In this document: piece by piece, positions 47,675-61,875 of the stretch
How positions within the stretch are numbered: position 1 is the first letter of the stretch
How the letters are laid out: the number at the start of each line of letters is the position of its first letter
Source: Lytechinus pictus
Taxonomy: Eukaryota
NCBI RefSeq assembly: GCF_037042905.1
Contig: NC_087246.1
Span: forward strand, 8,308,001-8,372,000
Reading direction: 5' to 3'
DNA length: 64,000 nucleotides
Program-made: the position numbers and the translations under genes
Notes under the pieces: model-generated
What the model saw: the letters and a program-made list of their open reading frames with translations, nothing else
Told to the model about the DNA's origin: nothing
The model's database searches: none

Positions 47675-48881
47675 ACAAGGAAGAAATGAAGGAGAACAAT
47701 GGATAGTGAGTGAGAGAAAGAAAGAGAGAGAGAGAGAGAGAGATAGGGGGTGTGGGGAGTGGCGAGGGAGAGAAGAGAAGATGGATTAACTTATTAGATC
47801 CATTCAATCAGGTTTGGGAAGAGAATATAAATGGAAGTGGGAGTGAGAGAAAGAGAGATTGGGTGGGAAAATAAATAATTGAAATAGGGAGGGGAGACAG
47901 CAGGGTAAAAATTATATAGCCAAATGCAGCTGTAAATAATATATTTTTGTTGAACTTTTCTCATTTGTGCTTTTAACAAATTGAATTAGCTACTGTAAAT
48001 AATCACAAATCCTTGATTATGATCATGATATATACAGTGCTTCAAATGCTGAATTTACATCGGCATGAAAATCAGCATAAAAATAGACATATTTGCATTT
48101 ATATATTTTGATGTATCTTTTTGATATTGCCTAGTATATGCACAAATGTTATTTGATTTTTATGAGATGAACCAACTTGTTTTATTAGACAACTCGAATA
48201 GAGTGGCAGATTGAATATGCGGGTATTTAGGTAAACCATCGTAGATGTGATCATTTTTCAATGGAAATTATCCCTGTTGCAACACAAAGATAAATATGAT
48301 GCTGATGTACTGTGGGGGGGGGGGGGCATTGCAAGAAACCTCAATATCATATTTAGGTCACCAAATCAATTATAAGTCTTGTATTTGATAGCTAATATGA
48401 AATTCATTGCTGGTCTGCTTTCTTGCAACAGAAAGTGTCATTCAAGTCAACTCCTATAGCTATAGTTCAGGTAGAGCAATTTATATTATCAATTATTTCA
48501 AACATGCAATAACCTCACTGTTAAGATAGTTGACTACCATTTAATGACATTACTCTAGAGTTAGCAGTTTTGGTCTTAAAAGATTGATCCGTTAGATCAG
48601 TAATTTGGGTTTTGTCTTTAACCAGACATGTCCAGAAAGGATAGTGACCAATTATTAAACACAAGTATGCAAACTTGATCAAAACTGGTGAAACTGTAAA
48701 ATGCATGACCTAAAACATTCATTTTATTATGAATTTGTCAAATTAGTTACCAGTTGTTGCAAAATTCATGATCTGTTACTCATCTTTGCACATTTCATGA
48801 AAAGATGGTTTAGGTGACAAGTTCAGTTTTATCTGACAGTTACCATAGTAACAGAGTTTTCTCAGCCAATGCGAATCACAA

Positions 48882-49110
48882 TGGGGGCTGTGTGGTCTAG
48901 TGGTTATGACTCTCGTCTTTCATTCTGAGGGACTGGGATCCAGCCATGGTGTGTTTTCCTTCAGCAAGAAATTTACCTACATTGTGCTGAACTCACCCCT
49001 TGAATGTTCAGCACCTAATTATGGCAGCACAGTTAAAGCCGGGGTAATGATAGCAGTACTTTGTATCCTCAGGCAAATAGCGTTTAATTAATTCAGCTAT
49101 TATTATCATT
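48882..49110 (+). mobile_element. tRNA-derived SINE inserted into a Harbinger MITE
   Basis: A-box GTGGTCTAGTGG, family core, ATT tail; both flanks match the 18156 MITE family. Confidence 0.7.
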
Positions 49111-52044
49111 AAAAAAAGTTTGTCAGATCCGACAACTTGTCGGACAAAAAATGTTGATGAAACTATATCCTGAGCCACCACATATACTGAATGAGTAAGA
49201 ATAGAAAACTTCAGAAAAATATCATTATTACCAATTTGATTTGAATACATCATGAACACAAATCTTTTTTACCTGTATATGTTCTTGAAGAGTATCTTCT
49301 CCCAAATAATTTAACACTATTTTTATGACTGCAATGAGCATAATGAATAAATCCAGATGACATCATATCCTACATGGGTCCAGCAAACTCCATTACAAAC
49401 TACTATTTTAGTGTGTATCAAACATACTTTTAGTTTCATTAAGAATTGCTTTGCATTGAAGTTCACTGCCATCCATGTGCAGGATTATGACCTTAAGTTC
49501 ATTGACATCTTGATTCGTTTATCACAGTCATGTATCAAATTTGACATCGCAGCGAGGAATACCTCCTGATTATCCAAGCGTTAACATTGTAGTACATGAA
49601 ATTGGTATCAAACTATTTGGAACTAGATACTCTTGGGATGTTTTTCATAAAATTGGTGTCTGTTTAGGTGTAATCGCTTTCTCACTTACTTGGTATAACT
49701 TTGTTTTAAAGTACAATTTATTGTGTTTTGTCTATTTTGATACCTCAGATATGTTGGAAAACTTGGAATTATACCTCTGGTCTGTTGTAAAACTTGGGGA
49801 TAAATGAAATTAATTCATGTACAATAATTGATTATTGTGGGCTTGCAGTAAATTAAAGATTTCATTTTGATCTGAAATACTAAAACCTGCAGAGAACCAG
49901 AAAATGGAGCTCATTATTAGATAGATATTCTGTCAGAAGATTTTCATGGTTTACGTTAGTGTTTAAAAATGCAGTTGACATATAAAAATGCAGTTGACTT
50001 ATACATTCACTTAATGTGCTAATCTGCCATTTACTATTCTGGAGTATACATTTGAATGTCACTTTTATTTTTTTAATTAGTAGCGTATTTGTTTGGCCTG
50101 TGAAAAGTGTAATCTTGACCTGATAAAATCGCAACTTCTTTGAAACCTATATCATTTTTAAAGCATAGATCATCAGGTGATCATGATGAAAAAAGACAAT
50201 TTGAGTTAATATAAAAGAAAAGTGTAAAACTGAGTGAAGGTAAAATTTATTATCTTTTAGCATGTTAAGATTGAACGTCTCCCTTACATTACGAAATTAA
50301 AAAACAATTTAAAACACACTGAAATGAAGGAAAGATCCTTCTTGGTAACAAAAGTGACCAAAAATATGAAATTTGATTAATGTCTTTTACTATATACGTA
50401 TGTAGCATATTCAAATATTGAAGTTATATTCTGAAAATTTTCCAGGAATGGGTTAATGTACAATTTGATATTTTATGAGATTGCAGAAATTACACTTAAA
50501 AGTTTTATTTGCAATACGAGAGGATAATGTATTATACATGAATGTAGATTTTTTTTTAGATTTGATAAAGATTAGCCTTTTGCCATTCTCTTTGTTGAAT
50601 ATTACTTTCTATGTTTCCACCATTATTTCCCACAAAAGAAGAAATTGTGAACTCATTGTTAATATTTGGCATTGTATATGGATATATGATAGTAATATCA
50701 ATAATATATGTATAATCATAATGGGAATAAATAAATACACAATGAAAGATCTAGAATTCACTTTTTGTTGTGTATTGCTGTTGGATTTGTATCTTGAAAA
50801 AAAACATGGGAAGACATTTATTGGTAAGTCACAACTTTTAAGCCGGCTCATTCTCATTGCAGTTTACAAATGATGTTCCTTTCTTGCAGAACATCCAATA
50901 GGTAATTAAAAGTAGGTTTAATGGAGGAGAGTATTTTCAATTAAAGTATATATCACTGTTCCTAATCAAAGTTTGTGTTATTGTGTGACAGGCGATTGAG
51001 AGATAAGATTTATGAGCAAGTCTTAGAGTTGTTACTAATAAACTCCATCAGAAAGTTTTTCAATATATTTCATACTAATACATTAATCATCAATACCTAC
51101 TCCTTTGGTATTTATCAATTTGATATTCTTATTGCTGCAAATCTGAAACCTAGTTCTTAAATCCACTACAATCAGGTACAAGAATTATTAGAACTTCAAG
51201 TTTAATGAATGTATAAAAGTCTATAATTTTTTTTTTCAGAATTACTAAAGGCTAAACCTGAATTGTCAGCACCTAAAATGTGGTTGTAGATTCTTTCTTA
51301 CCTGGTTGAATTAGCTGGAATAATGATGATTAAGGAACATTTGCATATTTGATATACTGCTTAGCCAAGTTAGGAAGGAGTTTTGTCAATTGCTTTTTGG
51401 TAATAATGCTTGGAACATACAGATAACTTTTATAGAGCTGTATTAATTGTCTGAACGACGATATGAGCAATGGGTTCTGTTTCTTCATTTTGTGACTATG
51501 TGATTCAGCATGAAGGCATCTTACCTCAAGCCATAAGTCTTTCATGTAGGAATCCAGCAAGTGTCATATCATTAATCCTCTTATTCAGGATAGATGATAA
51601 AACAATGGTGAATGCGGGAAAGATGCCCGGTACCTATCAGTCCTATGTAGAATCCATGCATATATCAGAGCGGCTTTCCCTCATTCCCAATTGGTTTTTG
51701 TTTCATTATAAATGTAATATTAGTGATAAGATGCATGTGGAATTATTGCATGAAAGAGACTCTGACTTTTGTTAAGGTTCCTGATAAATGAATTGAAATT
51801 TTGAATGGCTTTTACATACATTAATGGGTGCTACATCATCCATTCATTTCAAAAGAATTCCCCAACCCAACCGTTCTAATCGGTCAAACTATAGGGTGGA
51901 CCGTAAAACTCAATGTTAGGCTTAATATCATTATTGTTATTTTTTTGCTTAGATTTCCAATCCAGTTTCATATTCCCTCCTTGATTTGTCTGCTGAGATA
52001 ACATTTGAAGAACAAAAACAAAATACTTTTTGATGGAAATGAAA

Positions 52045-52050
52045 TTTATT
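52045..52050 (-). terminator. Probable polyadenylation signal of EFCAB5-like (3' UTR about 2.1 kb)
   Basis: AATAAA on the - strand followed by U/GU-rich sequence. Confidence 0.4.
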
Positions 52051-54120
52051 CAATCAATATACAATAGATTAAATAAAGTACACATATACATATTTATATC
52101 CCAAATATAAATTGCCCCATTTCATGAGCTTATACACTTAACACTTAAGTTCATTCTATAGTTTGTAAATGTACATTGTTTATATACAAATTTATATGTA
52201 GATATACAAATATTTGCACAAATATTCACAGCTTGAAAAAAATTTACAAATGAAAAAAAAATCTCATGGCTTGATGTAATCAAGACACATGATCACAATG
52301 TTCTCCTTTATTAAATCATGCAAAGATTGATTCATATAGCAAATATGAGGAAATTCTTGTAAAGCAGTTTGTCAGTGAAGTTCACTGACCAAATCATTAT
52401 ATCAGACTGACACAGTGGAAATATACTCAAAGAAACTCTTATAGTAACAGAAGGATGTTAGAATGATACACCCTTCTGGCTCCAAACATGATGGAATACA
52501 AGTACAGTGTGGATTGTACAGCATGGAAGGTTGTTGTATAAAGTATAAAAAAGAGTAATTTCTTACATAGATCAAAATATAAACTTTGGTACACAGTTCA
52601 TAAAAAATATGTCTTCTGATAATATGGGATAAATGGACGGCTAAACTTCTAAGTTTCTTTCCATATTTCTTTCCAGTACATTTACATGTGTACTCTCATC
52701 AGTCAAAGACAATACTTTTCTATTCAATTACCCCTTGTTTTTTTTTCTATGAAAAGAAACTTTCGTCGGAATCGACAATAGCTCACCATCAAGTAGACTT
52801 TACTCATGATAGGTTGATTTTATGTCATAAAATTTGAACTTCAACCATTCACTGAAAATGATTCATAATTTCATACAATCTAATGCACACATCTTTTATC
52901 ACCTCCCCCTCCCTCTATATCAGCAAGTATATAAAATAAGAAGATGTCTATAGTATACACGCTCCGCAAATTAATAGTAGAAGTATGATTACATGACTGA
53001 ATGAACAAATGTTAAAATTTCATGTATAAAAGAATAGAACTGAAGGAAGCATGCACACTTGGCAGCTTGAAATATTTCTCACAACAGTACTTCAAACATC
53101 CCTTCACACTCTTTGATATTATAAAGCAGATTCATGTAAACCTACACACCACATTTCTTATTCACCCTGACCCATTCCAGATTTTAATAAGTGTGTGGTT
53201 GGATTTTTAGAACACCAAATATATATAGACATAACTGTAGCAGGACTTGAGTACAAAAAAATAAAAGTAGGTGGTAAAATGAATGGGAATTCATGCAGCT
53301 GCATTTCCTATGGCTATAAAGTTACAAATACCAGAGAATTTTATTTAGATCACTTTATTATCAGTATTGTCTCGATTTTCAATAACATACATTCAATAAT
53401 GATCTATTTTACATTATTCATTTTAATAACTTTGTATATTCTCACACCATGACAATGTGACAGCTCTGTATCTTAACCCCCCTTCCCATGTCAATGTCAT
53501 GCATAGACGATATTACCATATTAGTTGTGTGAGCCATAGAATCAAATTAGTTCAGTAGAAATGCATATCTATAAAAGCATAAACAAAGTAATGTCAAATC
53601 ATAGGATGTCTTATTCCAAACTAAACAATGCCTCAAATAAAGAGGCTAAAACAAGTTACACAAAGCAAAATGTATAATGTCCCTTGAATTAACCATGAAG
53701 GTCTGTAATTTTTTTTGTTACTATTTCAGCGTCTATTTTTGTTCTTCAGCTAACCTGAATCAAACCTCAGAAAAATCAACATGAACTTTTTTTTCTTGAC
53801 TTCATAATTTTCTGCTCCTCAATTAATGACATTGTAATATCTGGTCATAACGATTATCTTTTCAAAAAACGTAGGAAAGACTTTCTTACTGGTGAATATC
53901 ACAAATTCAAATACCCATTTGCTGAAGAAAAAACTAATTCCCCCACATACTGTATTCATAACTTTTTTTATACATAATAACTCTTGCAAATCTCCTTCAA
54001 TTATCATCGCGTTATGCCAGAAAAAAATCACATCAGTTCGATATCATTGTAAAATTCAAATTTCTGAATAAGAGTTCCTAAAGTTTTTATACAAGCTATG
54101 TATCCTAGATGAGATGCTAT

Positions 54121-57100
54121 CTACTGCTCCACAGTGCGGACCTCACCAGAGGCTGCTGTTCCAGGGGGTGGAGCCACACCAGGTGGTTTATGTCTGGTCA
54201 TCTTACTGGTGTGTTCGAGGAGAGAGAGGCAAACAAATGCCCAGTTGTAAAGATTCTGGGCTGGTAGAGAACCATGCTTTGCCACCGCACCATGGGGTAC
54301 ATCTGCAGTTGCAACAAAAGGAGAGGGAAACATGGATGAATTATCATATCTTTTATATAAGTAATCTCAGTCAATAAAAATAGAAACTTGGAGAACTTGA
54401 CTTCCCCTATGCCACCCTCATACTAGGGAATAATCCATGTTTGAGGAATGAAGCGAAGGTGATCTCTATCTTGCTCACCTCACATCATGTTGTAATTTAT
54501 CTCAAAAAGAGTGAAAAAAGAATGTGTTCACACTTACCTTTAAGATGTCCAGAGATCATACTGACAATTCCAGGAATGTGTTCAGCAGTAGGATCAAACT
54601 CTTCAATCTTCTTGATCAGCTCGGGATTGACAAACTGAAAAGTGATTACAGCAGATGTTCAATATTTTTCCCTTCACTTCAAAACCTTGATGCAAATTAT
54701 TTCATTATCTCTTTTTTTTTTACATGACAAGTTTACATTGAATGCTTGCATACACAATGAAAGAATAACTCATTATACAGTTAAGTTTTTACACATACAT
54801 GTATCTTTGTGAAAGTCAAATCTCATCATAGAATCAAAGAGACTTTCATTATGATAACATATGTCTTATAATGTATAATGTGGATGAAAATTGCTTTGAC
54901 TTATCAAATTATTTAACTCGAGAAGAAATCAGCAATTAAGGTAGAGTTCAATTCACAATGAGAATATAAATAAAGATATAGATTGATCAGATATAAGAAT
55001 TAACCTGAATAAAAATTTCCTATATTTACATTGTAACAACTTCAAAGCATTCATTTTGTAAACCTTATTGTCTCATAAATTTCTTCTTACCTGTTTGCAT
55101 GTATTCCATGCATCCAGCTCCCCTTCCTCATACTTATCTCTGTAGAAGAGAGCCAGGACAGAGACAAGAATACTATGGATGACCTTAGGAGGATCTTTGT
55201 AGCTCTTGAGTTCAGCAAAGGCCTGGGCATTCAGCTTACTCACAGTGTTTCGCAAGTCAGTTAACATGATGCGATCAAACATGATGTCAATACGGGATTC
55301 ATCACTCCCCTTCTCAGCCTCTGCATTGTATAGAGAGAGAGAGAAAATATATTAAAAATTGAATATTTCATATCAATGCAAACATATACATGTAGTTCAG
55401 TTTCTCTTATTAAAAAAAATTGAGGGTTTGGATGGTGGGATGGATAACATGTTCTAAACAAAGACTGTTATGTTGCTGCCAGTGCCAGTTTTCAAATGCA
55501 AGTTCTAGCAGAGTAAAACTTAAATGGGGCACTAAACTGAAAGGCACTAGTGAGAACAGATAGGATAATACATACTTTTATCTACTCTCCTTTACAACTC
55601 CAGACAAAAACTGAAAATCACATGAAAATCCACAGCCAGGTGGCAATGACTCAACATTAATCTCTGTCAGCAAAGGCAACTACCAGATATATGATTGCCA
55701 ACAGCCAAGCAAAAAGCTTTATGCAGAGTTGCACCAATATATCCAAACCAAACACCTACTCACCTAGGACAATCTTCCTGTCACCTCCTGCAGACTCCTG
55801 GGAGACTTCTTTATGAGCCGCCTGTAGGAGTTTGAGCATCCTCTGGACTTCCTTGTTCTCATGGCCAGGGAGTTGTTTCAGTTCACCAATGCTCAGGTCT
55901 ACCAGGGCAACACAACGACCATCAATATCTCTTAGAGGGAAGGCAAGATGTCGCTGACCATAGGCATCAGCTGTCACAGTCTCAGAATTGTCCACTGTCT
56001 TGAAGAGATAATCCCTGGATGGAAAAAATTCAATTCATCTTACAATTATTATTGGTTGAATTCTGAAATTTAAGTTTACTATGTTTTATTTATGACTCTG
56101 GCAATAAATGAATTCTTGGTTGCATACTATCAACAGATGACTCCTCCATTGCAAGTTATGAAATATAAAGCACATTTAACTTCTAGACTACTAAAGACTT
56201 ATCAAATCTTCATTCCAGTATTATGTTATTCTTATTTATATATTTATTGGATGTATTGCTCCTTTCCTCCTATATGCATAGGGCCTACATGGGCTCAGTT
56301 TATAGTTCACTACACAAACAGCTTTTCCATTATAGGGCAATGTCATGAAGTATTTTTACCTGAAGAGGTTTTCTTTGCGCTCCAAGCGAGGGGGGCGGTC
56401 ATGAACTGTGATAGTTCCTTTCTTATCAGTGGTTATCATCCTACGTAGTACAAAATCATCAATCTGAAAACAAATCAAAGCAACGTAACCAATACATCTC
56501 TTGATAATAAACATGTCAAATAAATAGCCTTCATTGAAAAGTAAGTTAAGAAATTAGGCAAGTGTGACATTAATGAAAAGAGAAAATAGATATGATGAAA
56601 TAACAATTAAATCAGGTAAGAATAGTACAATGCAGAATGGTTTCAGAAAACACTGAAAAGATTAATGCATATATTGAATCAACCCAATGGAAACTAGCCA
56701 ATAATGCTATACATTTGATAGGCAAAAGCTCATTATACAATCTCTGTCTCCAACAGGTTACGCCAAGAAGCAAAGTGTCAACCAAAATAATTTTTTAAAA
56801 AGATATGAAATTAATAATTAGAAGACTTCAACCATTTTGATTGAGCAAGAGAAAGAATGGGAAAAGCTGCAGCATAAATTAAAGCCTGCTTCACAATGAC
56901 AGAGTTAATAGTTAAAGTGGATTAGTGAATAAGCTCTTACCTTTTTCGAGTCAGTTTCCATGAAGTGGAAGACATTTTTCTTTGTCTTACCAAGCATGCG
57001 AGGTCTACGCAATTCAAACTCCTTGATTAGTTAAAAACATGCAGAAAATACAAAGAGCAAACAGAACAAAGACATGCACAAGATAAAGAGAGTAACAAGG

Positions 57101-59770
57101 ACAGTGATAAAAGTGCAGGTGAATAAGAAATTGTCAATGAATGCATTATACAGAAAGAGTTCATGAATGACAGCTATCTTTAGAGAATATTTGGTAGATG
57201 AATTGAAAACTAGCACAGTGAGGACATAATATGAATAAGAAAAATTAATGAGTGAAAAAGACAGAACACATGATCATTGTGATAACACTGTTCAGAGTCT
57301 TGTTTCACCAAACATCTATCTATCTTTATATGACACCTAGATAGATCCTTGTGATTTGATTGGTTGTTTGATATCGATCATTCAGTCCATTTTACAATGG
57401 CGTCATCAACCGTGCAATTTTGGATCCATACGATTTTGTCCATTGCACGCGCACACCAAGACTGCAGCTCTTGACAAATAAATACGCATGTTGTAATGAC
57501 GTAACAATCAACAGACCGAACTCGCACTGCATGATCATGTTTTGCATCGAAATTCATAAATTTCACATGAAAAAAAAAAAAATCAATTTTTATGTGTCAT
57601 ATAAACCAAATAATGAATGTATTTTCATTCGTGCAATGGACAGAATACTCCATTCGGTGAAAGATGAAATAATGATCCATTCAACTCGGCTACGCCTCGT
57701 TGAATGGATCATTTCACCTTTCACCGAATGAAGTATTCTGTCCATTGCACTCATAAACATTCATTATTTGTATAATATTCACTTAAATATCTTTGACAAC
57801 ATAACCTACAGCAAACAAGCAGCCTTACACTATACATGACTGAAAAAAGGCATGCTAAATAATTAGAGTCATGCAGCTTACATCATGAATATGGAATTGC
57901 AGAATTGGGGCTAAAAAGGGAAAGTGAAAGAAAAGTATTTGATTGAAAAACAAAGACAGAAAATTATAATTATTTCTGTATGAAAACCTAATGGGAATCA
58001 TATGTCACGTTAGTATAACTTTCTTTAATAATAGGTGATTGAAATGAAAATACAACAATCATATGAACTATGTAAAGAGAAATAAAATAAGTCTGAAAGA
58101 GGAGTGATATTGGACCCTGTTGCACTAAACTAACTCTGCAATTAATGGCAAAACCAAAATGACAAGACTCAGCAGCCTATCAATACTAAAGTTTTCAAGG
58201 GAGTTACCATTCTGCAAATTTTATGCAATTGGGATGAGACTTGGATGTATAGCAAGATAAATTGAAAAGTTCAGTATTGAAATTACTATATATCATAAGG
58301 AGGTTCAAAGAACGACAACATGATGGGGAAGGGTGATAAGAAAAATGTTAGAGATTAACACTTTAATTAGAAAACAAATACTAATGTTAATGAATGTGTG
58401 TGAGGAAGCCTCACAAAGCCTTAGAACAAAGCAACACAGAAGTGAGAAATACTCAGGCACTCAAAGTTTCATTTTTCTTTTTAGTTGGTGTTCACAGAAA
58501 GACTTGTATTCATATATATGTCAGAGTGTGTGTCGGGGGGGGGGGGGGGTGCAAAGAGTCAAGTGCCACTAGATATCACACTTAAATTCCAAGTTGGTGC
58601 TTACACATGGCTTAAAGTGAAATAGCCTTTTTGTTTTGTGACTACACTTCCTATCAATGTAGGATTCAGGTTTTTTTTATTGTCTTTCAAAGTAATTCCT
58701 AGATAGATATCATAGTCGTTTTCTGTGCATATTGTTAGTGTGATTAAAAAGCTTTAGTAATACCTTTGAGATGCCCGTAAGAAAAAAACTAACGTGATAG
58801 TAAGACAGGTTGAAAGAAAATTAGTACCATGATAGAGGATGATATTGACCAACAATACCAAAAAGGAATACATACCTTATCATCAGGTTCAACCATAAAG
58901 ACATTGATCTCTTGGACATGAGGACTTCGTCTATGGATCCAGGAGACTGCACTCTCTGCGATACGTAGTGTCTTTCGTCTTACGTCAACGTACTGGTAGG
59001 CTGTTGCAAATGCCTTGGCCACACCCTATTTCAAAGGAAAATAAAATATCTTTCAGACTTGTAGAGTTACTACCACACAAATCACTTCCAAGTACAGTAC
59101 ATCTGCACTGATTTTTCTTTTATCTCAGTCATATTATTGATACACGATTTACTAGTTTAGTCACCAAGACATTCTGTGCCAGACCAGTACTAGTTTACTT
59201 TATACACATCGATCATCTATGCACATTGAGGATAGGGAATTATTAAAAAAAACATGAAATGGATCAAGGGCTTGTGTGGATACCCAAAATATCTTTCATA
59301 GTATTAGGTTCTTCTATTCTCAAATCATCTATCAGAATTAAGGCCATATTCAAAGGTATTATCAATTCTTAAAGGTGATTGGCCAACTTATCTCTAGGAA
59401 GCTGATTTAACAAGTAATTGAGATATATCATGCAGGCAAAATGATGTGCATCGGATAGTTGTCAGTTATGAGAATCTCGGGGAAATCCTTGGTCTTGATA
59501 AGCTGATTAATACTATTACTATTACACTCATAGAATGACAACTTTTCAGTGCTGATAAACTTCATGAAATGGTGCCCTTGAAATGAGTGATTCAGGATTC
59601 CTTATTTGGAATAATATCTTGAAGGCGGAACTCACCTGGAAGAAGCTGATTTCATGTGTGATGAAGATACTCTTATCATGAGGGTCATTCAATGTGTCTA
59701 TCCCCATCAAACCAAAAACACGCTTCCGGAAATCTTTGAGTGGTATCACTAAGAATGATCCTTGTCGGTC
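54121..59770 (-). CDS. EFCAB5: EF-hand calcium-binding domain protein 5-like (C-terminal GAF-like region); 5' part lies beyond the window
   Basis: Phase-consistent exons 59770-59636, 59025-58876, 56463-56360, 56014-55764, 55320-55091, 54634-54538, 54302-54121(stop). [49 protein letters not shown] and [12 protein letters not shown] resemble EFCAB5. Confidence 0.85.
56941..57021 (-). CDS. Candidate 81-nt in-frame cassette exon of EFCAB5-like
   Basis: AAG|[27 protein letters not shown]|GTAAGA; phase 0-0, open frame. Confidence 0.45.
57330..57775. mobile_element. Crypton-like non-autonomous element with long terminal hairpin
   Basis: GATTGGT near the start; ~75-bp inverted arms (57610-57685 / 57698-57768) around the loop TCGGCTACGCCTC. 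Confidence 0.6.
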
Positions 59771-61833
59771 CTACCAAAAGTGATTAAAACAATACATTAA
59801 GCAAATAAATCAATGCATAGATAAACAGTTATTGAAACCTTAACAAAAATAGAAAATCCCTTTACATAATCCTTAAACTTTACTAGGATTCAGTTAATAA
59901 TGACAAAATGTATATATATCTTTGGAAATTTTTTTCACATACAATATGTTAATATTTGGAAATGGTGACATTAAAAATGATGTATTAATGTATAACAATA
60001 CTATCAATATCAATAGGTATGATTCATCAAATTCCATCTTAATACTTGTTCATAATATGAACCTTCTACTGCCCTATTCTTGATGGGATTTTTCCACTTT
60101 TAAAGCAAAACTAGAAGTATTTTTTAATAATGTAAAGAATACAGATAACAATGAACTGCTCATGAATCTGACATTTCTAGCGAACTAAATGGTCAGCACA
60201 GATCAATTTTCAAACGTCCATAATTCACTAATGCTTTTAATCTACCATAGAATTATGATACATTATTTACTAATATAAAGAACACAGAGAAATAGTGATC
60301 AAACATGTCAGAATTAATAATCTACATGTATAGAGTAAAATTCTGATATGAAAAAAATAGGAAGCTTTAAGAACAGCTTTATTAATCTAAAATAGAGATG
60401 GTGCGCTTGAATTAATTGCAGACAAAGTGAATAACAGTTAGACTTTAAGGAAAGTGATTATTAGAACAGAAATGTGCATCAATACAACTTTAACAAAACA
60501 TACATAAACAAAAACACCAACAACATAAACACAATATTCTCAGATTAAATATAAACACAATATTCTCAGATTAAAAATGAAATTAATTTACTTATTTACA
60601 TATATTGAAACTTTGAAAAATTAGACAATCAAAATCTTGAGGATAACCACTTTACATGTAGTGTCATTTATATAGAGTTTGAAAGTAAAATAAAAATACT
60701 ATACTTGTTTTAGATTAAACATGTGATGCATTATTAATGTGAAATAAAGTTTAGTCTGAGAAAAATGAGATATATTAAAAGCCCTAATCTAACAGCTGGA
60801 GACAACAGACTTCTGTAGAAAGCAGAGATTGAAACAAACTCATCTAAAAAACTCATCATTCTTGGATAATATGGACTCTTATATGCAACACACCAAACTC
60901 TGATATAATCCTACACCAAGATTTCTATCAAAAGATCACTGAAATGTATGGATTCTAGCAGAACTCCAAAATATGAACACATTTGTTTCAATAATGTAGC
61001 TGAATGTGCAGCAGTATGTGATATAAATTAGCATAATGCACAGTTTTCCTATTAGATGATCTTAACACACCATGTTTTAAGCAGCAAAACCATTCAAACA
61101 TCAATCCTCTAATTGATGTCACTTCCTGAACATATCATATCAAAAAGTGCATTTAGCAGAGAGTTAGTGCAACAGACAAAAAAATGAATGCAGGAACAAA
61201 GACTTACAACATTAAGTTTTTAACCAGATAATGACACTAAATGTCATCATCGTATCAATGAGCCTGACCAAATACACAATGAAGTGCTAGTACATCACAC
61301 CAAATTTTTTTTTCACTTTATGAAATGTGCTAGTAAATGGAACAAAAGCAATGAAAGTGCCAATCCTAATCAGATTGCTTAGGAATATCCAGCTTGGAAA
61401 TGGGCTACATAAAATAATTATAGCATAACTAATAAAGGAAATTCTGATATCTTGACAAGCCAAACAAAGACATATATACAGATGACTTACAGACAACTTA
61501 AATACAGATGAAATATTTTCTCAGACATTAAATGGATTTATTTGCAATATACCCATCCTATTTTAACTACATTGGTTATTTAATCACATTTTAATTGGAT
61601 TTTGAATCTATATGTAAAAGTAATCTCCACAAATGGAAAATTATAAATTTCACTGTGTATTAACAAATGGGTTACCCTAATAATAATTTAAGGCAAATTA
61701 AGTAAAAAAAAAATTGGTATCAAACAATCAAACACACAAATAATGAAACAACAAAAACAAAAAAAATGTTCCAAAGTTCAAGTGGAGACTTCACTGCACA
61801 CTAAGGGTTAGGTTGGCACTATTAAACACTTAC

Positions 61834-61875
61834 TCTGGCAGGATCATAATCATCAATCGATATCTTCTTGTATTT
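61834..61875 (-). CDS. Candidate 42-nt in-frame exon of EFCAB5-like
   Basis: TTCAG|KYKKISIDDYDPAR|GTAAGT; phase 0-0, matches the next exon's phase. Confidence 0.45.
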
